NCBI GenBank assembly: GCA_963693365.1
Contig: CAVNZM010000006.1
Location: forward strand, 3,038,001 to 3,102,000
Direction of reading: 5' to 3'
DNA length: 64,000 bases
DNA from: Amoebidium appalachense
Lineage: Eukaryota; Protista; Ichthyosporea
Notes under the pieces: generated by a model
The model's input: only the letters and a program-made list of their open reading frames with translations
What the model was told of the DNA's origin: nothing
Database searches by the model: none
Part shown: positions 52,527-64,000 of the stretch, piece by piece
Layout of the letters: every line of letters begins with the position of its first letter
Position numbering within the stretch: the stretch's first letter is position 1
Position numbers and translations under genes: made by a program

Positions 52527-54027
52527 CTGCATCCTCTCCCCTTCCCCTTCCCCCTCCTCCCCCCCGCCCCCAACCCACACACACACACCCATAACACCCA
52601 ACACACACAAATCAACACACCCGCACTGCATAAGTGCCTAACTCCTCTCATATGGTAGCTCCCCCACCCGCACACACACATGCAACTTCCCTCTCCCTAC
52701 CCGATACCTCTTCTACCTCCTCCCCCAACCCGCCTCTCCTTCACCTCCCCCACACACGCACACACACACGCGCGCGCGCGCGCGCTACGCTTCCCCACTG
52801 CCTCGTATGGAGATTGGGCCACAGATCGAGGCTCCGCCGAGATCAGTTTATTACAAATGTACCAGACGTTCGACAATTTTCGATTTGCGATCTAACAAAT
52901 ACCCCAAATTTAAACACCGTGATCCCTCTATGTACACACGCGCGCGCACACACAAACACACACACACGTGTGCCACGCACACGCACAGACACAGACACGC
53001 ACACACAGTCACACACGTGACACACGTGTGTACACACACAGGCACAGTGTGTCCCGACACTATGTACATGCACACGGACATGTACACATGTACATTGTGC
53101 ACGTGACACACATTTGTACCGAGTGTACGTACACATCATGACGTACGCACACACACGGCACACATGTTGTACACATGCACACAAAACGTTAACACTGCAC
53201 ACACGGTGATCAACCGAGTCTGACAAGCACACGCCGCACAACTACACACACAGCACACATGCGTACACAGTGTCACATGTGTGTACCGTGACACACACAC
53301 ACAGCATAGCCTCCTGCCTACTTAGTCGTCAACCGTTAACACCAGTGCATCCGTGTCAGCAGTGCAAGTCACGCGGCACTGTGACAGATCAATTAACACA
53401 CACGTTGTTAATATTCAAAAAACGTCAATTGCAGTTAACACACATGCCACAGAGTCTTCCCACTGCCCACCATTCCTCACACATACCCTTCACCGGTCAT
53501 CGATCGCGAGCAAGAGTGGCCCGGACGAACATAAAAGTAAACGTTGATAAACAGTCACGCCGCTTGTCCTGCACTTCTTATTTCGTTTTCATTCGCAAAA
53601 TAAACACCGACTAGGTTAATCGTCATCCGCGCGTCAAGAGCTGCAGACAACAACTGCAGCAAAAACTGCTACATTTCAATTTGACTAAAAAAGAAAAAAG
53701 AAGTTCAACGGTTGTTACAGTATAATATTCATGTCATAATTATTGTGCATTGTGTAGCGCAGTCACAAATTTTCAATGAAAGAACTTTCGGTTTATGCCA
53801 AATCTGAATCACGACACTGCAACCCCTAATGTGCAATGTTTAAACACCAGAATTCGCGAAGGCAATCAAATCTGTCTTTAGACTATGGGATGCATATGTC
53901 CGAGGTGTGTTCATTGCAAAATCTCAACGGATCCGACGAGAGGGGAGGGCAGGGGGGGAAGGGGTGCGTGGGGCTGAAGGGGGGGGGGGGGGGGGGGGAG
54001 GGGGGGGAAGGAAAGAGGAGAGACGTG

Positions 54028-54111
<84 letters not shown>

Positions 54112-54447
54112 CGTGTGCGCCACGGGCGGGGGGGGGGGGGGGGGGGGGGGGGGAGGGGGAGGGGCATGCAGGGGTACGGGATAATCATTCGCAAGAGGAG
54201 CAAAAGGGAGGAGAGTCTTTGCAAAACCAAGTAGGTGTGCATGGAGGAACACCATTCAGCACACACTGCTACTGAGCGCCAGGTTACCCGGGCGCTCTGA
54301 GACTGCGTACAGATATACTACATATCTTCGGGCTACGTAACTATCGGTTAAAATCATAAAAAATTAGTTAAAGGTTTCATCCACCAACAACGGTTTCCTT
54401 CCTCACCGAAAACTGCACTCATTCATTCAAAAAAAAAAGGAAAAAAA

Positions 54448-54493
<46 letters not shown>

Positions 54494-55547
54494 TTCAGGT
54501 ACAAGGATCGATCATAGTGGGATCTGGTACCCTTGAAGTTGCTGCATTGAAGACATTCATACGTGGTCTGCTGTGACCTTGGATTCCTGTGGATGTTGGG
54601 CATGTTAGTTGAAGTAATTAGGGAACAAAGGCTAGCAGGGGGGAGAAAAAGGAGAGGGGGGGACGACGGGCTTGTGTGTGCATGCACGCGTGCCGGTACT
54701 GTCTCTGTGCTTGTATGCAAATGAGATCTGTGTCTGTCCGTGCATGTGTCACAGTCTCTCTGTCTGTGTACCCGGTTCTCCGCACGTGTGAGGCTTTTTT
54801 TTTCTTTTGCATGTGTGGCTGTGTGTGTGCGTGCGCACGTTTGTGCCACACAATGTCTTGTGTATGTGTATGGTTAAAAGTTGGGTTTTATGGTGTGTGT
54901 TTGTGTTTATGTATGTTAAGGGAAGGGCAGGAAAGGGGCTGATGGGGGGCAGGAAGGGGGGGAAAGGGATTTTCAGAATGCACTACAAGAGTACGCAGTA
55001 CACCACGACAGATAACATAATGTCCCAGAGCACACAACGAGGGGAGGGGGGGACCCGGTGGTAGTGGTGGGTGGGTGGGTGGGTTGGTGGTGGTGGTGGT
55101 GGTGGTGGTGGTGGTGGTGTGTGTGTGTGTGTGTGTTTGTGTCTGTGTGTCTGTCTGTGTGTGTGTGTGTGGGTAGGTGGGGGGTGGGTGGGTGGGTGGT
55201 GGTGGTGGTGGTGGTGGGTGGGGGGAGGGGGGGGGGGGGGGGGGGAAGAGGGAAGGGGGGAAAGGCGTGTTCCCTTCGTTTTTTCCTGGTGCATTTTTTG
55301 GGGCCGGTGGCCGCAAAGTGCCTCGAAGGGGGGGGGGGGGGGACTAGAATGCAGCACACTGTATCAAGCACAAATACACAACTGAGACGTATGCAAGAAG
55401 GAGAGGGAAGAAGAGGAAAGGACGAGAGAAGTGGAGATGGAGAGAGAAGGGGAGAGAGAGGAAGAGAGATGGGGGGAGAGGTAGAGAGAGAGCGAAAGAG
55501 ATGTCCAAGACCCCAAAGCAAAGGTGGGGGTTAAAGGGGGTGGGGGG

Positions 55548-55605
<58 letters not shown>

Positions 55606-55657
55606 GTGTGTGCGTATGTGTTTGGGGGGACGGGGCTGGATGGCTGGGCACACACAC

Positions 55658-55867
55658 CTAATCCAGGGCCACATATACATCAGGCCTAGACCCACAACTA
55701 GACCTCCTCTTGAGAATGGTCCGTCTACGTGTTTGGCTGGACGCACTCTGCAGTTCATCTAGGGTGTGCCGTAGCTCACACCCGGCACGCTCTAGTTGGT
55801 CTCGTAGCTCAAGTTCACTGTGTGTGTGTACGTGTGTGTACGTGTGTGTACGTATGTACGTGTGTGT

Positions 55868-55960
<93 letters not shown>

Positions 55961-56237
55961 CATAGCTGTAAAAAAAAAAGGAAGGGGGGGGGGGGGGGGG
56001 GGAAGGTTAGATGAAGCCATACTTTCTTTGAACGACAAAATGGCAGAATATTTTTCGTTTGAATAGAAAAAAGACACAAGCAAAACAAAAAAAGAGTGAT
56101 GGTAGTGTGGATAAAAAAAAAGGGGGGGGGGGGGGGGGGGGGGGGGGAGGGGGGGGGGAGGGGGGGGGGGGAAATCAAAAAGGGGAAGAGACCACCCAGT
56201 TCAGAACCAAATAACTACATCCATTCACCAAGATCAT

Positions 56238-56269
<32 letters not shown>

Positions 56270-56368
56270 CTCCCCTCTCCCCCCATTTTTTCTTTTTCTT
56301 TCTTTCTTTTCTTTTCCTTTCTTTCTTTCTTTTTTTCTTTTCTTTTTTTTTATTTTATTTTATTTTAT

Positions 56369-56426
<58 letters not shown>

Positions 56427-57228
56427 GAGACGGAGCGGTGTGCACGTGTCTATCTGGGGGAAAGGAACAAAATAGAAACGATACTACCTTTTTGGGGCTC
56501 GCGATTGGTTGTTTGAACCAGATTCAAGGAGGCTAACAGTAGCTGATTGGCTGACTGACCGGCGCGGCTCATGACTAGCTAGCTCTGCCAGACTGCGCCG
56601 GTCTAAATTTGCCCAGTATCTACAAGGCACTACAAAAACTTTTTTATTAGGCACCCCAAAGCCTGTTTACTATTAGGAAAAGGCTTTATGTGCTTCAAAT
56701 TACTTTCGAATAGTGTGTAACCTCGATAGTAGCTCCAAGGCCAACTTTTGACTAAGCCGCCGTCATATATACATACGCCATAATTGATCATGATCGTGAG
56801 CCAAGTTGGCTGCTATGCCGTTGACCACTAGGAACTTGCTAAAAAAGTAGTAGATTTCTATTTTGTTCCTTTCCACCCCATAGCATTCCCCGCTCCCCCA
56901 CCTGAGCAGAAATCTATGTTTGAGGTACAACCCCCACCTCCCCCCCCCCCCCCATCCCACCCCCCCGTCCCCGGGAGCCCGCCCTTGATGCCCCCGGTGA
57001 CTGTATGGACGAAAAAAAAAACAACAAAATTAAAAGGGCTGAAAGACTATCTCTCTGTGTGCGTACTAGCCTGGGTGTCGGTGTCTCTGTGTGCCTGTGT
57101 CCGTGCGTGTGTGCATGAGCACGTGCTTCAAATTGTTCGTGCATACATTCCATTTCCACGTCTATGTTTTGCACATCACCACAACAAACAACACAGACAC
57201 TACCTAGCCATTTCCAACCATCCAAGCG

Positions 57229-57293
<65 letters not shown>

Positions 57294-57992
57294 GACCCAC
57301 ACACACTCACACACACACACACACACCCTCGCCCCCCCCTCCCCCCCTCCACACACACACACACACACACCCCTCCCCCCCTCCCCCCCCCCTCCCCCCC
57401 CCCACACACACACTCACTCACCGTATCAACTCCTGAGACCTATCATCAATATCGGCTCTCAATTCCGCAACCAACACCGCCAATTCACCCAAAGACAACG
57501 TCGTAATATCCTGTGTGATTATATATGACGGTGGGGGGGATGATGATCTCCCCATGTGGTGTGCATGTAATTCGTTTGGTGTTGTGGTGGTGGAAGGCAA
57601 AGAGAGGGTGGACAGGTTTGCAATGTTGCTGCATGACCCTGCACTAGCAGCACCATCATCACCCTGTGGGCAAGGGGGAAAAAAATAAGTTAAAAAATGG
57701 GGGGGAAACTTTACAAGGTGTGAGATGGGGAGGGGAGGGGGAGGGGAGAGAGGGGGGGGGGGGGGGGGGGGGGAGGGGAGGGGAGGGCATGTATGCATAA
57801 GAAGGGAGCAAAGATATGGAGAGGGAGCGGGGAAACAAAAGGAAAAAGAGAGGGGGGGGGGGGGGGGGGGGGGGAAGAGGGAAGAGGGCAAAGTGCTGTA
57901 CACAGAAGAGGTAAAAAGAGACAGACAGTGGTGATGCAGACATGCAATATAGACACACGGAGAGCAAAGGAATGGAACAAAGCAGGGTCCCG

Positions 57993-58035
<43 letters not shown>

Positions 58036-58290
58036 TGATTGATAATGCCAGATGGAGTCAACTGAAGAGCAATGAAAGAAATGGATCTCGGCCAGGTTAA
58101 AGGGAAAGAATGATTCGGGGACGCACAGAGCTTCCTCCCATCCACATACTAACACACACACACACACTCATACATTCCCTTCCCCTCACTCTCCTGCAGT
58201 CTCCCCTCCCCCTCCCCTTCCTCCCTCCCCCCCCCCCCCCCCCCAAAAAAAAAGACTCCGACAGAAAAACGAAAAAAAAATGCATTTACC

Positions 58291-58331
<41 letters not shown>

Positions 58332-59505
58332 AAACAAAAACAAAAAACAAAAACAAAAAAAAACTTGCTTTTGCCCTGCCTTCTCCTTTTCCCACTGTCT
58401 CTAACAAACCTCAACGATGTGCATGCCTACAAAAACGACATTCTACATACACTTGTCCACACTCACCCCATTGACATTCTCGAGTGGTATTCTCTTGACC
58501 AGCGGCGATAAAAAAACACGATGCCCACCAGTGCGTGGAGGAGACAGCAACCCTAACGACGAGACGCTCACACACAGAGGAGAACCAACTATCGCCGACC
58601 TATTTGTGTGTGGTGAGGATAAAAGATGGTGTGTGTCAAGGATTTCCAGTTCAATGTGGTTGTGTTCATCGCATGTTGCCGTTGTGGTTGGTAATTCGTC
58701 CGAAGATCTGGCCGGTCCGTTGGAAATGCGCGATACAAGCAGGATTCTGTTCTGTATGGGAAAAAGCGTGTTGATTTAGATGGTTAGTTCAGAAATCATA
58801 AAAAAGAGTTGTCAGCAATAAAACTAATAGAACAAGTTAATCTAAGAGCGCAGCCAAGATTAGTGGGAGTATAACCGATCCTTCAGTTTTATGAAAGAGA
58901 AGAGATATAAGATAAATGAAATCAATGAAATCAGAGAAAAAAATTGGAGCTACGATTATAAAGCTCGTAGGACTAAGTGTAGCAATTCCAGAAATAACCC
59001 GCTTATTTTCCTGCAGTTATCACATATTGCGGTTTCCTGAATATAGGAGAGGGAGGCACAGAAGCAGACCCCTTCACCTTCCCTGTGTCAATCTGGGTGT
59101 AATTTTCGCAAATTCTCAAGGGTATACACACATGTGGGGCGGGGAAAAGACACACAGAGAGATGCACCAAGATGTGCATGCAGTCACGCACAAGCTCATG
59201 CACGTAGATAAAAAACAGGTGCCAGCCCATCCGTCCACCAAACCAACCCAACCACATGTGTGGGAAAAACACCACGAAAGAGGCCCAGGAACTATGTGCA
59301 AACATGGTGTGCACACGCACACATGCACACACACACAACCACACACGCGCTTCGCTCACACAGGTTAACACAAAAACACACACACGCACACGCACACACA
59401 CACACACACACGCACACACACACACACACACAAACACATGCTGAGAGGGCCATCTGCACAATGAAATTGCACAAAGTCAAGCACAAACCACCATACGGCG
59501 GGGAA

Positions 59506-59552
<47 letters not shown>

Positions 59553-59911
59553 ACCCATGGACACCCCCACACAGACACACATCCATACGACACACATATA
59601 ATCTGGGGGGGAAAGCAATGTAGGCGCGTGCACACACACACACAAAGATTGAAAGGTTGAGAAAAGAGGAGCGTTTCAAACAAGTAAATGCACATGCACC
59701 CACACAGGCTCCCCAACACACCTGTACACAAGCAAGCGTTCTCAAATTCATGCACATCATGCTCAGTTACATCGCCACACCTACATCCACCCACCGTCCA
59801 CAAGCATGTGTCCACACACATGCACATGCACTCAAGAAAACGCAGAGACAAACGCCATCCTTTGTCGCCACCCCTCGGTACACCTCCGCACACACCTATT
59901 CAAGGCCGCAC

Positions 59912-59952
<41 letters not shown>

Positions 59953-60281
59953 CGCGCCCGCCCCTCCCATCCAACCATTACCATCACAATCTACATTACA
60001 CACAAACAGTGTCACATCCCACTACCACAGCGCCTCTCTCTAATCAGTCACACCTGTAAACCCTAGAATAACAACATCCGTAACAGGCCTCTTTAACAAA
60101 CAGGATTAAAGATGACGCGTACCTCTGTTGCCGCAGTGCACGTGTACTCCTCGCTTTGATCCTCAAACCTCAAATAGTTAGGTTTGCCCACCAACTTGCT
60201 GCTGTCCATGTCTCGTTGGGACGTTACAAGGGGCACCAAAAGGGTACCGTGCGTGCTTATGGGCTTCTTCCTCACAGCCAT
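55658..60281 (-). CDS. Multi-exon coiled-coil protein with a FEZ1/UNC-76/SCHIP1-like segment; 3' end uncertain
   Basis: Phase-consistent GT-AG exons 60281-60123, 58751-58467, 57663-57422 and 55817-~55700. Spliced peptide [30 protein letters not shown]|[24 protein letters not shown] further exon is possible near 54590-54493. Confidence 0.65.
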
Positions 60282-60924
60282 TTACTGTAAAACAACTGTG
60301 AAAAACGAACATTCCACCACAGCAGCTATGGGCCTGGGGGCGCACATTAAAATGGTGTGGAACTGCTGATAAGATGAAGGTTGGCTAATTCGAGTGGAAG
60401 TCTATCAGAACTTCAATGATTGCATGCATATGATGTCCAAAATTGAATAAGCAACAGGATGTAGGTCGAGCGGGCGGTGGGGCTCGAAAGGGGCATTTTG
60501 TGTAAGGCTATGTCAACATGGGCCGGAAGCATCAGCCTTTTTATCCGTTTTTCTCCCTTGCCAAAACACACTCACCAAGTTGACTGGCACTGAGCAGGCT
60601 CAGTTTGTTTTCATCTCAGTCTGACTCACCGCGATCGCTAAGGCTTACGCAAAAAATCTGAAACGTAGATCCACCGGCAGTGATAAGCCCGAAAGTCTCT
60701 CTCCCTCTCAGTCTCAGAATTTGACTCTGAGGTTCTCTCCCCATATCGATCAATGAATGCACTCAGTGCTGAGAAACATATACCCTTGTGTTTTAGTATA
60801 TGTTTTCTATAAATCGAAAATCAGGTGAAGAATGACAGTGAAAAGACCACTAAAATGATAGCCAGATATCGATAGGACTTGTTTTGCAGACTTGCGTAAA
60901 GTCACTAACGTGTGTGACTTTCGG

Positions 60925-61045
60925 GATGATTGGCTGAAAAATTCAGTGGTGCAAAAATAACCAATCAAAACATTCTTTATTGAATTACAATTGGTTTATT
61001 ATCATGCGTAGGTCTAGGAGGCCTTCAACCACCTATATAAAGTAC
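60925..61045 (+). promoter_or_regulatory. Putative core promoter of the GT15 gene in a divergent intergenic region
   Basis: GATTGG (~60928), CCAATCA (60961), ATTGG (~60990) and TATATAAA (61034-61041). Confidence 0.5.
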
Positions 61046-61175
61046 TGCTGGAACCATTCCCCCAGTTTCAGTCCCTCGAAAAGAGAACGTCAAAGTAGCA
61101 ACTCTGTGACTCATGAAAAAGCTTATATACATACATACACATTAGACTAGCACTACAAATAACCACAGCTCAAAA

Positions 61176-62633
61176 ATGGGCTCGAAAAAGAGTCGTCAGC
61201 CGCAGCGTTGGTCGCTACGCCAAGCCCCAAAAGTACTCTTGTGGGTGGCGATATTGGGAACAAGTTTCCTGGTTCTACGCCCAGCCTTCCGCCCATTTCT
61301 AACGCAAACAAGCTGGAGCAATAGCGCACAAAACTACCACGCAGATAGCAATAACGGTGTGCCAACCACCCCAAATTTGCCTGAAACCAGCACAGTTGTC
61401 TTTGCCGACACTAGACTTGAAACGAAAGAAACAACACACGAATCCGAGCAAGCACCTGCAATTCAGGGGGAACATGGAAATGTGGGCTCCTTGGAACACA
61501 CCCTCAATGTCATTCCCTCCAGCACAATTACACAACAGAAACCAAGCGAGACCCCTACTGAACAAACACGCGGAACTGTTAAGAATTCAGATACAGAGGA
61601 AAGGGAAGAAGTAGCGAAAACAAGCACTGGTGATCGCAACGAAATGGTAACCGTCGCTGGAACAAGTGCAAAGCAGTCGAGTGGAGCTTCCAGTAGACAG
61701 GCAAACGAGGCCACCAATGAACCCCATACACATGGTAAACCGGAGATGAAAAACACAACAAGCAACAACGAAAACTCGTTTGAAGACGCTCACGAGTTAG
61801 CAGCACAAGAGCATGTCGTGCACCATATGAATCGCCTGCTGAGCGACACTCGTTTGCCACCCGAGTATTATACCAACTATACATACCCAAAAACGGACGC
61901 GCACAAGAGAGCAAATGCAGCCATTGTGCTTCTCACACGCGAGGAGGAGAAATGGGGACTCGTTACTGTTTTGAAGTCGTTTGAACGGACTTTTAACCGG
62001 TATGTAATGGACCCACCCTCCACATTTGGTAACATTTCTTGGGTCACTCGGTCAACCATGTGTGCCTTTCTGATGGCGTAGGTTGCCTTACAAAGCTGGA
62101 ACAATAATAACCTCACAACCGGTTGTGCATATACACAGTCACGCACTTTCATCATAACACACGAGCAGGCAGACACACACATGCACAAGGCCGCATGCAT
62201 GCACACACATTGGATCTCATGCATCAGGTGGGCATTGATTGAAAGCTAAACCACCACCCACAGGCTCGCATGCGTGCCCACACAAAAACATCGTATTAAC
62301 ACACACACACACACACACACATACAAACACACACGCGCGCGCACACACACTCACACACGCAGTCGCGCGCATTCATACACACACACAAACAGACACACAC
62401 AAGCACATGCACACAAATTCACATGCGTGCGAAGGCACACACGCACACACTCACACACGCACATGCACACACACATTCAATCGTTGTGGCACGTGCCACT
62501 ACAGGCCGCACACATGCACACCCCCAAAGAGGGTGGGAGTGGGGACGAGAAAGGAAGTCTGTGAGGAAACACGCACTAACCCACCGAGCCACACACACCA
62601 AGGGAAAAGACACGCACATGGCGCGTACAAGCG

Positions 62634-62675
<42 letters not shown>

Positions 62676-63251
62676 GAAAACACACATCCCCGCAAATCCA
62701 AAACCCACACACACGACACCACCTAACACATCATTCCCGCACGCACCGCCGTGCAGCAAGTACGGCTACCCCTACCTCATGTACAACGACAAGCCCTTCA
62801 CGGAGTCCTTCAAGAGAGACGTGCAGGCGCAAGTGTCCACAAACATCACCTTTGTCACCCTGCCACAGGACCTGTGGGAGGTTCCTGACCACATCAACAT
62901 GACGAAGGTATACTGGCAATGCTTGGAAGTGTGGTTGGGGCTGGAAGGGGGGGGGGGGGGGGGGGGGGAGGAGGGGGAGGGTTAATCAGACACTTGCCGA
63001 GCGAGGGGAAGGGGGCAGGGGGATCCGGAGGCAATGGGTAGGTCCGCATCAAAAACAGTCTTGAGGACCTCTGGGGAGGGGTGGGGGGAGGGGGGGGGGG
63101 GGGGGGGGGGCGCTAGTGGTAGCGGTGGCGTTGGTGGTGATGGCCGAGGCAAGGGGGGGGGGGGGGGGGGGGGGAGGAGGGATGGCAATCGCTCTTCAGA
63201 AAAACTCACTAATATGTATGACTACACTATAATGACACACAGGAGTAGCAA

Positions 63252-63282
<31 letters not shown>

Positions 63283-63597
63283 ATTGAAAGGAAAGAGGGA
63301 GGTGGGGGTTAAAACGAGATTTGAAGGAAGGGCCAAGGTGAGGGACATACAAGGGGGGAGGCTAGGGGTTTTTTGTTTAGTTCAGTCCTTTCAGTCCCCC
63401 CTTCTCCCTCCCTGTCACCCCCTCCCCCGGCTATCCGCCCATTTGGTACTAATACAACCCGCTGGCAACTGCCCAACCACATGCAAGTTTGGGGTTTTAA
63501 CGTTTGGCTCTGATTGGCAGACGACGGAGGCCATGGCACGTATGGAGAGGGAGCACGTGATCTACGGGGGCAGTCTCTCCTATCGCAAAATGTGCAG
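61176..63597 (+). CDS. GT15 (Kre2/Mnt1/Ktr-family) alpha-1,2-mannosyltransferase, type II membrane; continues beyond the window
   Basis: Exons 61176-61999, 62757-62907 and 63521-63597, all GT-AG and in phase. N-terminal TM and long stem, then RANAAIVLL...SFERTFNR|KYGYPYLMYNDKPFTESFK...W..PDHI..|..VIYGGSLSYRKMCR. Confidence 0.93.
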
Positions 63598-64000
63598 GTA
63601 GGGTGTCTGTGCTGTCTCCGCTCATTCCTTCTTTCATTTCTTTTTTTGCACTGTCCATTTGCTTCTGCAACCCATCCCAAGACCTTTTCTGTGTTATCCG
63701 TATGTACTTTCTACTACTTTGCTGGATACACCTCTGTCCCCTCTTTGTGGTTCACTAGGTACTGCATTCTACACACCCTTCCTCTCTCTCTCGCTTCCCT
63801 CTCCTTCCCTCCCGGGGGTTCCCTGCCGCTCCCATCTAGCACTTCCATCCACCAACCACACCACTACCTCTTCTCTTCCCGTCCCCCCGCCCCACCCCAT
63901 TCCCACCCCACCTCCCCCCCTCCCCCCCCCCCCCCCCCCCCCTCCCCCTTTGTCCTCCCCCCTTTTCTCCCCCCATCCCCTGTTATTCGTCGTGAATGTG

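Noticed and set aside
58035-58130. FPLTWPRS peptide resembling the FEZ LPIDW motif
   Set aside because: It has no clear splice sites, and the flanking exons join in phase without it.

Overview
Eukaryotic genomic DNA, very rich in (CA/GT)n, (CT/GA)n and poly-G/C tracts, with GT-AG introns. Most ORF-track entries are repeat artefacts. Several 1-nt frameshifts fall in homopolymers, so long-read errors are possible. The gene mix suggests a non-animal opisthokont, possibly an ichthyosporean; this is inference only. Host-type genes: an Fpg/Nei glycosylase with a SAP domain, a C2H2 protein with an eh1-like motif, two bestrophin-like paralogs, an intronless 7TM receptor-like gene, a FEZ1/SCHIP1-like coiled-coil gene, and a GT15 (Kre2/Mnt1) mannosyltransferase. 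Mobile DNA: an intron-rich, degenerate KDZ/Zisupton-type gene resembling C2orf42 and HMGXB3; two hAT MITEs with 8-bp TSDs; a palindrome-rich MITE family; Helitron-like tandem units; a recent non-autonomous LTR element whose empty site is also in the window; and a chromovirus whose 5' LTR is fused directly to RT. The chromovirus splits an exon of a putative multi-OB-fold gene, which lies head-to-head with a small putative OB-fold gene in a duplicated 2-kb block. All family assignments come from manual translation and remembered motifs; no database search was run.
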